Shown: in pieces, positions 11,538 to 23,800 of the stretch
Position numbering within the stretch: position 1 is the stretch's first letter
Layout: the number at the start of each line of letters is the position of its first letter
Assembly (NCBI GenBank): GCA_003344405.1
Contig: NOWV01000002.1
Span: 496,001 to 560,000, forward strand
Source: Trichoplax sp. H2
Lineage: Eukaryota
DNA length: 64,000 bases
Reading direction: 5' to 3'
Program-made: the position numbers and the translations under genes
The notes under the pieces: generated by a model
Seen by the model: the letters and a program-made list of their open reading frames with translations, nothing else
Databases searched by the model: none
Told to the model about the DNA's origin: nothing

Positions 11538-14500
11538 TCAATTAATACCAGCATGCCTCAGCTGATAATGAGCTTGCCATGTATCGCCTAAGTGGATTCT
11601 CTTATAACGTTAAACACATCTTATCTATATAATTAGAATTGTAAACTTACATTCAAAAATATAACAGTAGACAAATAAAAATCGTCTTGCCTAAAGTTTC
11701 ACTCCCAAGATTATTCCTTAGTTAATCTTGATTAATTTTAAGACTACTTTACGTGTATAATTTGGAACGAAAATTCATTATGATACATTACTGATAAAGG
11801 AAATTTACTGACTCGATCCTAAGTGATCCGGTACCTAATAATTGGAAGAGTAAGATTTTATGTATAATGAATATCTTTGAGCTATAAAATAAATGTACAA
11901 GGTAGAAGAATTTCTCACCTCCGATCCTACACGAGCAGTAAATCTGTTTCTAACGTCAGAATCATAGCCCTGCTTGAAATCAACTTCGCTAGGATGGACT
12001 AATTGCGGATCGTTAATTGACGTAGACGCTTTTCTAGAAGATAAAAGATAGGACCTCATATAAGAGAAGAGTCACAATAAACATTGAAAAATTGATGTGA
12101 AGATTAATGTGACCGAATGCAAATCTTTCGAAAGACTCTTCTATTAAGGACATTTAAAGTAGACACTTACAAATTTTCTGCTTCAGCTAGCATATTGCGT
12201 TTTTTCGCACTATAATTCAGCGTGCCACCTATCGTTATGGTGTTATTGGCTTAGGATTAAATTTTCTCAAATACTTATGTGTAGTATTCTTTACTACTAA
12301 CCTCTTGCAGCATCAACAAGGTACAATGCTACAGCAGCAATAAGTGCAACTAATAGCAAAAAGGAAAGAGGTTACACTTGAAAATTTTCATATCGAAACT
12401 TAATTCCCTTTATGTTAGTTATATCACCGATGAGTTATATAGTAACTTACTGCTTAAACAGCCTCCGAAAAAAACTTCTAAGAACAGATAGCCTTTCGAA
12501 TCGACAATATCCCCAGCAACTATAGCAACAACGGCCAATCCAAGATTTTGTATAGCTTGCATGCTATCAGGAGAAATTTTATTTTTATCAATGTACAAAT
12601 GCAACAAGAAATTAAATATAGATTCAGAGTACGATTTAAGATTATTACATGTTAGAACCTACATTCCGTAAGCAGTTCCTAACTGATGCTCTGGTATAAC
12701 ATATGCTACCATGGGCCATAATGCACAAGCAAGTAAAGAATAAGCTAAGCCCATGGTAACCATAGCAATATAAGGATTTAAGAATGTAAAAGCCATCAGC
12801 ATGTGGCTCCCAAGAGTTGCAACAACGCCCAAGATAACTGCGATTTAATGATTAAATTAACAACCAGATTAGAATTAAATAAAGGAAATTTCAATCTATT
12901 ATTTATGTTTGATTTTCTTCGGATTCATCTTTACCCCAATATAAATTGCGACCCACTTTATCCACAAGAATACCAAAAATGGGGGACATAAATGCTGATA
13001 GGAGGTACACAATACTATCGCGGTAGAATATTACGATTATAATATTAATATCAATTTGGTTATGAAAAGGTACTCTTATTCTTATTATGTACCTGTTTAC
13101 CGCACTTGCAGCAGCGGGGTCTAGGCCAAATCTTTCTTCAAAAAATACTCTTTAACAATCAAAGTATGGAGAAAATTATAAAAATCTTTTAAGTATTGAT
13201 AATCATTACCGAGAAATTACGCAGTTGAATAATTATAATTCACCATCAGTTTATATACGCAATAACTTACAATCCTAAGCTTATGAAAGGAAATACTGTT
13301 ACGTAGTACGCGACACAAATAATAAACATAAGCCATATCTGTAAAGAGAAATCTTTTACATCCAGAAGACTGACTTTTTCTCCTGAAAAAAGACCAATCC
13401 AATAGTATATGATTACTTGATGTTAATAACAAAAGGTAAATTTTCTGAAAGTTGTTATACCAACCAGTCTTTTCATCATCTTTTCCAAGTAATCTATTTG
13501 CTCTCTTGTCGTAATAAGCCAGAAGGACAGCACAAAATAGTGACAATATGCAAAAAGCGCATCCTAGAGAGTAAAAACATAAGGTTGTTGCTTATCATTC
13601 GTAAGCTGTGAGTAGTGACACTAGCGGTGAGCCATAGAGTTGAAGTAATTTATTGGCTCATAAAAAAGGCAGTTAAGTCTGCTACGTACCAAACCATAAT
13701 GTAGCACCTAAACATTGGTAACCCGATAAGTAATTGTTCAACCAACGATAAATTGGTCCCATGATGTTTATATTGACCGTACTACCCTACATTGTAGCAT
13801 TAACATATAATTGTAAAATAAATTCAATTTTTATGTAACTAAGGAAAGTATCCTGATAATTTCTACAAAAATGAATAAAGTTATTACCACTCGAGAGAAA
13901 CTGAGCTGCAAACCAAAAACCATATTTAACTCTTTGCCTTTAAACCAACTAACTGCATAGGTATTTTGGCCCACTGCTAAGGATTCTCCACCAATTCTAG
14001 ATTACGGAAAAAAAATTTAATCTGCTTAAGATCTAGATCGTTACTTGTGATTCACTTGGTAGCTTAAATTGTCTATACATTTTGAAATAATTTCCGATAG
14101 TACAATTTAAGACTTATGGTGATGCAGTGCGTTTTTTGTTTTATAAATAAATTTTAAAATTACTGTTAGAATAAAAATGTCAATATATAGTTTCCTATTA
14201 ATGGGAGCAAAATTTCGTGCAGCGACAGAATATAGGTACTGAATGACCTATTTATCGAAAATTGATGTCGTTTACAGCAAAGTCTTACCCAAATACAAAT
14301 CTTCCAACACACATTAGCCAATATTTATCCAGTTGAGCACCTATAGCAAATATGATCTGTACAGATACATGATATAGATAAAATACATGATGTTAATTCT
14401 TTTAAATCATGAAACTGGAATGATTAAATTATATTATTAGAGTATACATTTATGACTGTCTTGGTCGTCTATGCATTTTTAAGTAATCTATCAGAAATGA

Positions 14501-16113
14501 TGATATGTAAGCTAAAGGCAATTAACAATTAACTGTTAACGTACTTGACCAACTAATACGAAAAGGGCGAATACAATGGTTCCAAACCTACAATAAGATA
14601 GGACATTTTCATACTTAAATGCAAGATCAGTGACAGCCAAGATATATAAATTAAATTACAGTAGTATCAAATCATTCCAAAACTACTTAACAGTACTATT
14701 ACTGATTTAGTTAATTGGAATATTTGGGAAGATTATTGCAGCTATTTTACAAGATATAAGCTAATGCTGATCTACGCGTATTAATCGATAGTAAATGAGA
14801 ATGTAGGCTTAAGCTATTATCATTCTATTATTTTTTCGATTTTCTAGTTATATACTGTATGATATAGTGATTACATATTACTAAAAAGGATTAATCACAT
14901 TCTGTTGCTACTAAGCGGATATTATAGATATAATAACCTCAGTCCTAAAAAGGTATCGAGTAAGTAACCACCAAAGAAGCAAAGAACAACATTAGGCCAT
15001 GAATATAAAGAATATAAAAGTTCATAGTTGGCAGCATTAACCCGCATATCCTATCCATATAAATTATTTGAAATGAGAATACAAGCAATTTGTGTTAGTT
15101 CAACGCTTACCGCAAGCGTGTTCGATTATAGAATTTAAGAAAAAGTTTCCATACCGTTTCAATTTGCTTCTCTAATGCAGCAGGATTATCGTAGACGAAG
15201 TAACTGCCTGTTATTATGGGAGAAAGTTGATATTATTATTTAATAAGTCACTTTATTTTTATCATTTACTCCATGCGGCAATCGATTAGATACGTAGATG
15301 TAATGCAAAACGCTATATGCAATCTACACTCTACCGTAGTCTCTATCCATTACACTAAAGGCTAATTGATTGCGATTTACCTAATAGTATTCTTAATGAT
15401 TAGTCTATCTTGGTGTGATGAATATTATTACTGTATACTGTAATTTGGTATGCTATAAGGTACCTCTGTTAATACTGTACCTTTCTTATAGGCGGTACAA
15501 TAATGTGTGCATTAAATTACAATATTATGCAGGACTCTCTAGTGGTTGACTGTCGCCTCAGCGACTAAAGACGTATCATTCTTTTCTTTCCTTGAATACT
15601 AATAGTCATCAAGATTGACTGGATCTGTATTCTTCGATCAATCTAACGCTATGACTGATAGTAAGTAATAATACGATCAGAATGAGACAATGTTTGTACT
15701 TGTCACTGAGGCGACGGCGACATTGCTTCCATAATGATTGGACTATCTCGTTACTACTAAGCACATCGATTGTAATGTACGTACTATATGTATAAGTTTA
15801 AAATGTTTTTATGATAATCCTTTTACGATTATACGAATCAACATTTCTCCCACGGTATACACTATGCTCCATTTCGTATCATTGGTATATCGATATAGTA
15901 GTATACATAGAGTACGATTTTGCTAGAATCGGTAGATATCTTACCGAAACTTAGAAAGCACATTAAAATTAAAACCAAATAACGATGTAATGCACGTCGA
16001 GGATCGCAAGCCATGGTGGCCCCACAACCCGTCAATTCCTCAGTTAATGGTTGTTCATCGGTGGTAGTATTGCCTTGAGTTTGTATCAATGGAGTATTCT
16101 CATCGATAGCCAT
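11538..16113 (-). CDS. MFSD1: Lysosomal MFS transporter MFSD1, about 18 exons (first exon 15945-16113; last exons uncertain)
   Basis: N-terminal dileucine-type sorting motif DENTPLI. Exons translate to CDPRRALHRYLVLILMCFLSF|GSYFVYDNPAALE, YSLYSWPNVVLCFFGGYLLD, GRFVFG|IGGESLAVGQNTYAVSWFKGKELNMVFGLQLSFSRV|GSTVN, LACALWPMVAYVIPEHQLGTAYG and MQAIQNLGLA, all MFSD1 hallmarks. Confidence 0.93.
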
Positions 16114-16498
16114 GATGAGAATGAGTATGAATTAATTGCAATGGAAAGACAGAGTGATTTAATGAATTATAAATAAATATCAATGCAAGGAGAAGATGGC
16201 CACAAAGTGATTTTGACCGCAATGATAGACTAGTCGAGTCGACGTTTTGCTTTCATCCATACAGGACCACAGCCTCATCTACAGTGCACTACTGTACAGT
16301 GTACAGTAGATTCGTGACGAATGAGCTGATGGTACTGTACAGTGTACAGTACACTGTACTGTACTGTATGACTGGTGTCAATTTTTAGCGATACTGTCCA
16401 AAGCCAAGGACGGTATTCAGTTGATACAATCACTTGTATAGCGTAGTAATGTTTACGTAGGTCGAGAACTATGGTAGACAAAGCCGTGTGAAGCCGGG

Positions 16499-16508
16499 GT
16501 CACATGAC
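16499..16508. promoter_or_regulatory. CLEAR/M-box-like E-box GTCACATGAC (GTCATGTGAC on minus) upstream of MFSD1
   Basis: One mismatch from the TFEB CLEAR palindrome GTCACGTGAC and containing the MITF-type TCATGTG core. It lies about 390 bp upstream of the ATG of a lysosomal gene. Confidence 0.45.
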
Positions 16509-16838
16509 GCTCACCAGGCTGTCGCATCACTTGCATAGGCTACAGTAGCAGTAGTGTATCATGGACTTCGAACCAGGGACTTTATCCGCTAGTAGGACAT
16601 TGCTAGTGAACGATGGTTTCTAGTCCTTCTTTCGTTGGCTAAATTAGCGATTCTACTGTAGGTCTGGCAGACATTAGCCATCGCTATCACAGAACCATTC
16701 TATTCATAATATCTTTTACGGTAATGGTAACCCTCGCCCTGGTACCTTTTCGTTAGTACCTCTTTTACTTTGCACCTGGCGTTTCCTAGTCGTTACGCAA
16801 TTTTACTGTCTACAGTATAAACTAGTAAAGGAAACTTG

Positions 16839-17360
16839 CAGCATCAACGACCAAATGCAGTCCTGTATATCTGTCCAGTAGTCCATGCTTAGAGTGCCAT
16901 GTCTAGTCGTCCACTTGTCCATCGGGAGAATGTTGAGTGAGCACTGAGCAGCATCAACGACCAAATGCAGTCCTGTATATCTGTCCAGTAGTCCATGCTT
17001 AGAGTGCCATGTCTAGTCGTCCACTTGTCCATCGGAAGAATGTTGAGTGAACAGCATCAACGACCAAATGCAGTCCTGTATATCTGTACAGTAGTCCATG
17101 CCTATAGTGCCATGTCTAGTCGTCCACTTGTCCATCGGAAGAATGTTGAGTGAACAGCATCAACGACCAAATGCAGTCCTGTATATCTGTCCAGTAGTCC
17201 ATGCCTAGAATGCCATGTCTAGTCGTCCACTTGTCCATCGGAAGAATGTTGAGTGAGCAGCATCAACAACCAAATCCAGTCCTGTATATCTGTCCAGCAG
17301 TCCATGCTTAGAGTGCCGTGTCTAGTCGTCCACTTGTCCATCGGGAGAATGTTGAGCGAG
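16839..17360. repeat. Tandem array of 5 near-identical ~103-bp units, followed by a C6-T-C6-T-C5 tract (17361-17380)
   Basis: Units start CAGCATCAAC at 16839, 16949, 17052, 17155 and 17258. Periods are 110, 103, 103 and 103 bp. There are no unique spacers. Confidence 0.95.
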
Positions 17361-17721
17361 CCCCCCTCCCCCCTCCCCCTGTGTAGTACTAAAACAAATG
17401 GACGCGTTTGACTGTATACTGTACACTACAGTAAAACACTTGTATAAGACCAGCGACTACTAGAAGTCCATCATGTACTGTGCAGCAAAATTGATTGCCA
17501 GCCATGCTAAAGTAAACAACTTAATCATTTGATCATAGCTAGAAACTATGGCAATATCGATCCAACAGCAAGATGTAATAGTTATGAAAAGTGATGATTA
17601 AACTACAACATACGCACGTATACGAGTAGAATACTGGAAGACTATCCAAAAAAAAAGAGCTTATTGATCAATACCGGTTTCCCTTTAGTCGTAAAATTAC
17701 ACATCAACTAGGCTGGAAAGG

Positions 17722-19398
17722 ATGATTCAATCATGGGTTAAAGTCACTATAACATTATGCCTTTATGGCTTCTTTAAAGAGATGAAACCATCTGAGCCGT
17801 TTTTAACACCTTTTCTCAAAGGGTTGAGTAATAATTTAACTGAGAATGACTTAGAGCAAATTTATCCTGTTTGGACATACAGTTATCTAGGCATGTTAGC
17901 CATCGCTCTGTTAGTCACCGATTTAGCTCGTTATAAACCGATTATTATCATTGAGGCGTTAGCTTACTTGGCTACTCGTATCATTTTGTTAGCTGGCCAT
18001 AGTGTGCCTATAATGCAACTAATGCAGTTTGCTTATGGCATAGCGACCGCAACTGAAATTGCATACTATGCTTATATATATGCTGCAGTCTCATCGCAAC
18101 ATTATCAAAAAGTAACCAGTTATACACGCATGGCTGTATTATGTGGTAGATCATCGGCAGGTTTTATTGGCCAACTATTAGTATCATTGCATGTAGCCAA
18201 TCTTTACGCTCTCAATGTTATTGCTACCTGTAGCGTTTGTATTGCACTGGTATTAGCTGTATTACTTCCAAAGATTCATCCTAATGATTTGCAATCAAAC
18301 CAAGATCCACCCCTAATGGTATCCATTAATAATCGTGCCCTAGAAACTGAGAGTCGACATGATAATAGTCATCAACAACATCAAGATTCCAAAGTAGACA
18401 ATCGTGTTAATACGGCGATGTTTTCACAAAGTAAGCCGCAAGATACTGACAACAACACTACTTCTTTAATCAAGGATAATAATGAAGATGAAAACATACC
18501 TAGAGGATGGAAGCAGCAAATAACCCATTTTACTTGCACCTTGACCAATCAAATTGCCTATATCTACTCCAATCATTGCATATTGCGATGGTCTCTTTGG
18601 TGGGCATTAGCTACATGTGGTGAATTACTTGTAGGCAACTATGTAGAAAATTTATGGGACGTTATCTATCCCGCCCGTTATCATAATGAAGATGTCTATA
18701 ATGGCCTAGTTTTGGCTGTTGCAACCTTGTTGGGAGCTGGTGCTGCACTAGCTTTAGCATATGTAAAATTTGATTGGGGCTTTTTCGGTGAGCTAACGGC
18801 TGGTATTGTATCTGCCATCGATGGCGTTTTACTATTAATTATGGCATTAACCAATCAAATTTGGCTATGCTATGGCTGCTATGTCATATTTCGTACCTCG
18901 TATGCCTTATTAATTACGATCGCAAGGTAATTAAATTGATCTACATCTACTTTCTGCTTACCCTCAGCTATAAAGTTCAATAGCATACTAATGACTAATT
19001 TAACTTATACTGTATTGAACTAATTGCATGATATCTGAAACATAATTAATTTTGATTCCATTATCTGATCTTCTTTTAGTCTACAGATTGTGAACGAAAT
19101 TAAAAGAAATTGCTATGGATTAGTCTTTGGTATAAATATGTTTCTAGCATTGAGTCTTCAAACTATACTCCAAGCGGTCATACAAGGTTACAAAGTACAT
19201 GTCGTTCATCAATTTTATACGTATTCTGCCTACTTTGGTCTTCTTGGATTAGCGTTTACTGCTGTTGGAGCTTACAAAATTGGTAAGTTAGGATGGAGAA
19301 AAAGCTGGCAATTCTCAAAGCTAAAGTATATTCAACGAGCGTCTGGCAATGAATCTGTTTCAACAATTGATAATAATAACGATATTGACAGAGTTTAA
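17722..19398 (+). CDS. SLC19A: SLC19A family thiamine/reduced-folate transporter, 2 exons (17722-18926, 19080-19398)
   Basis: Motifs LCLYGFFKEMKPSEPFLTPFL, IYPVWTYSYL, LVTDLARYKPIII, ATATEIAYYAYIY, YQKVTSYTR, LRWSLWWALATCG, VYNGLV and YGLVFGINMFLALSLQTIL. One phase-2 GT-AG intron. Confidence 0.93.
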
Positions 19399-20399
19399 CA
19401 AAAATTTTTTTCTGTATTCATTTTATCAAAACTCATAAGCAACACTTTGCTAAATAACTACGCGTCCACATGAAATAAATGTAAAATAAAAATTTTGTAT
19501 GTTAGTGTTATTAATAAAGTACGGTAAAAAGGTTATATTATCGTATTGATTAGCATGAATTCAGTTGTAACACATTTACTGCTTTAGTTATGTATCTTGA
19601 AATCATTTAGTTAAACTTCAATTTTCATAAACTGTCAATTTATTAGGAATATTTAGTTATTGAACTGGCTGTCTTTATGATCATAGGCCTAGCGTACTAT
19701 AATTTAATGATACAGTTTCATATGTACCCATATATACTCGTATATAGGTTGAAATACGTTAACTGATTATATTTCATGTAATTAAATATTTTCGAGCTTT
19801 TTTTCGCTGATTTAGCAAGGGCAAACATGATTTTAATAATCTAAATTATCTTACACGATCACTGTGCGTTAAACACATTGTAGTTTAACATTGAAGATTT
19901 TATTTTTAGAATAAAGTCAAAGGATAAATATATCAGTGTGCTACGTTTGCAAATATTAAACTATGAAAGAATAGCTAAAAGTAATAATATTTCGCCACAC
20001 ATTCAATTTTTTTACAATTTTTGGCATATTTTTAACTTTTTTAATGCTGTATAGAAAAATTTACTCAAATTTCGAATATATGTAAAATTGTTTATTCAAT
20101 TGCTTTAACTCGATTAATTTTAAACAATAGCATAATAAAGCTATGATTGTTTTTGTTACAAAATTAGTGATGCTAATACAATTTCTATATTATAAGCTAA
20201 ATGCAAAGTTTAACCCATTTTGTTACGACTATGATAGTATGTCCACTTAAGCATAAGATTTGCACTACATAAGTCTATTCTGTTACAGAATAGAAGAGTT
20301 TCGAAAACGTAACAGCAATACAAATTGAAATTAGTCTATTCTATAATCTTATTTTCAAGGCATAATACAATGTATAATAATGAAAGTCTAGTCTGTAAT

Positions 20400-20647
20400 A
20401 GAAGGACACTAAAATAAAATTTATCACCATACTAATATAATCATTACCTATAACATTGAGAGCACCAACAAAATGATAAAAACTAACATTACTTTTTGTT
20501 ATGCATTCTTAATCGACATTGACACATATTTACTACCGTTTGACAGAATATAAGAACTAAAATTTATCACCTTACTAACGTAATTATTATTTAAGACATT
20601 GTAAGCATCAGCAGGATAATAAAGACAAACACTAGTTTGTGTTATTC
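20400..20647. repeat. Old degenerate direct duplication (about 140-bp period) between SLC19A and SHIP-like copy A
   Basis: AAAATTTATCACC(A/T)TACTAA..TAAT..ACATTG..AGCA.CA.CA..AT.ATAAA.AC.AACA.TA.TTT.TGTTAT occurs near 20415 and again near 20557. Confidence 0.55.
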
Positions 20648-20869
20648 TTTTTTAAAAGAGTTTAAAAGAATGCTAAGCAACATTATTTCTATGGTTGCGA
20701 TTTTAATTAAGCTGCAATATTTTAGTGAAGTAGGGCAGCGAGATACTAAAAAATTGCGATTGTAGCATCTATCGAGATTGGAATACCCGTATATGATTAC
20801 GTATACTATCGTTCAAATTAAAGCTTAGTTATTTTGTCGTATACCGCTTCAACCACGCTTTAGATACGC

Positions 20870-23800
20870 TCACATCAATCGATTAGGGATAGTATTGCAT
20901 TTGATTGAGATACTGTAAAAGGAAGTTTGAGGATGTATTAATAGACAATATTGCTGCAAGTCTGATCTAAATCTTAATATAAAATTATATAACAAATATT
21001 TTATACTACAGAATAACTGTACACGTATTACTGTCATAATTGATCCATGATAATTGCAGATATAAAGCAGACTTACTCCATGGTACCGATTTCGTCGTCA
21101 TATTGCCTAACCTTCTCCGACAAAACACTGTATCTGCCAAATTGAATTTTTACCAATTGGAAGACTGCACTACCTGTAAATATTATTTAGATTAAAATAA
21201 GCTAATCCCATTGAATAGCAATTAATACAGTAGTTATCTATGATACTATATCCATTAAAAATTACTCAATTAGTAGATCATTCTTATTAATTTCATTCTT
21301 TACCAAAATAATCCTTTTGGTGTAATTTACTATTGACACTGTGGATAGCTACAATCAATAACTGTTGTTTCAACGAGATTTGGCTTCCATAGATAGGGAC
21401 TTTTAGCTATTATCAAATAAGAAAATGTAAGCTATTAGGGTTGAAAAGCTACATTGGAGAAGCTCAAAAGTTCTTAATACAGCATCATGAATTCCATCTC
21501 AAAATGTACGGGTGTATTATGTCAGTAATTGGTACCGCTAGATCAAGATGAATATCGAAAAAGATTAAATTGGAGTCTATTATTATTTTTGATAGGCAAA
21601 ACATGCTATACCCTTTCAATTCATCTTGTAATAATTATTTATCGCTTGATAAATTCTACTGAAATATCGATACCTGCTTAACAGGACTATTTTCATGATT
21701 TGACCAATGGCATGAAACCCTATCATTAGTGATATGTGTTGCATTACCACTGTTGAAAGATTGATCTTGGCTTGTATTTGTTGACTCACTAAAAGTTACT
21801 TGACTATTCTCTATTAAAATGATTGAAATGTAGAAAAAAGCATATATTATTGGTACGACCGAACTCATTTGAATAACGATTAATGTGATTAGAATGTGAT
21901 ATTTTAATTATATAGGATTAAATAAAAGAATTCGTTAAATTAATGTGCTATCTTAATTCTACTGAAGTAACGAACAGTAAATTAACAGAAATTGATATAA
22001 ATTTTGTTAATGAACTTCCATATTGTACTTTGAATATGGTCAAGGATAGTTATGGTTTATAATAATTTAATTGATAGACCTGTTAGATCTAATCAATTAC
22101 CGTTACATCCTATAATATATGCCTTGATTTGGATCTTAATGTTTTTTTCTTGGCGCTTAGTGCTAAACTGTTAGATTGATAAATTAAATTAAGATAAAGA
22201 AATTGTGAAATGGTTCAAAAGTTCATGAACTGTCAATTTACATGTATCGTACTTAAGTACGGATCCATATTGAAATAGTATAAGGCAGTTAATATCACTG
22301 ACTATTGTGCATATTTTTTGCTTAAGTTAATTAAAGTATAGAGTAATATAGTAATTACCGTAGTTTCGATTTCTGCAATTTCAAGATTTACATAAGCACG
22401 ACTCTCTATAAAGATTACAATGGATTTTTAATCTGTTAAATTCAAGATCAATAATAATAATAATTGTGTAATCAGATACAGGTATTTATAATTTATAGAT
22501 TGACTAATTTTACTTTAGTAATGGATATACATGTAAAATTAGCTATATAGCTATGAATGTTATCGGTATTGGTACTGATTCAAGCCTAATTCTGGTATAT
22601 TTCAACTTTGATGTAGGTATAAGATAGAAGTTGATCCTGGCATATTACCTTCATCTTTAGGCGTTTTAAGTAGGAATGACGAAAATACTGGCCGTCGATT
22701 AATACCATAACTAACATCTGGACAGCCTAATTTTTTAGACAGGAATTGGTGATCAAAATTGCTTTTTTTATCAACTTAAGTATCCAGATTGAAGCTGTTG
22801 TTAGACAAACCATAAATTGTATTGCTGATCGCACCATTCATGTAGCCTTTCTTATACAGAACTCTTCCACCATACCATGCCTCAGGAGTATTCTTTAAAA
22901 GTATGATTAAACCCATATGATAATTAATGAAGTACAAAAATGTAGGTATGTAATAATATGATAAGCGATGATACTGCTACATACAAATATCATAATAATG
23001 AGTTGTTTCACGGTTAATGATCAAAGTTATTATCATAGTGAGTTATCAAAGTAATATTTGACCTACGAGCTTGTCTTTACTTTCGGCTGCAGTTGCAGGA
23101 AAATTACATTCAGCCTCATCTAAGGTTTAATAGCCAAAAGATCAGCGAGTATTTAAAAAACTTTATCATTACTACTAAAGTATACCTATAACGATTAACC
23201 TACCGAAACTTGGTAATGCAACTGGCATTACTTTTTTAAGTTTATCTCTCATTTGCCAAACTCGGATAAGATGACTTAATTCTCTTGATGGATCAACTCC
23301 CTGTTTTAATCGGTTTCAAAGGCAATTAATATCATTCTTTAAGTTTATCTTTTCAGATTGCTACACATTAACAGCGTTATCGATCGACGTAGATATAGTA
23401 GTGATATATGTATAGGATTAGAAATGAACAGCCAGCTCGTTAATTACCATTTCAACTTTAGCACAACTTTGAGTAATATCTCCTAATATAAAGATATGGT
23501 GGAATTGTTGCGTTACATCATAAATAGGAATGCCATTACCATCAAACTTGATCTTTTTTAGTACATCCATTACGTCTTGTTTGACTCTGAATAGAAGTAA
23601 AATAAACGTTATTTCTATTATTTTATTGATGAGCCGCTGTTTTTTGATCAATTTATGTTCCTGAAAGCAGTATCATGCTGTTATCTAGGTATGACTTAAT
23701 TAGAACTGCAGTCCATATAGCTATAAAAATGGCAACATACGTACACGTCACTATGAATATGTTGGTTAGTGTCGCAAACTAGCTCTATGACAAGACAACG

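Noticed and set aside
16839..17360. Possible CRISPR array (also 61948-62484)
   Set aside because: Units are contiguous and near-identical with no unique spacers, the context is eukaryotic, and there are no cas genes.
21656..21868. 70-aa ORF resembling a small secreted peptide
   Set aside because: The hydrophobic start is intronic sequence. About 21675-21810 is a C2-domain exon of copy A, positionally equivalent to exons in B and C.
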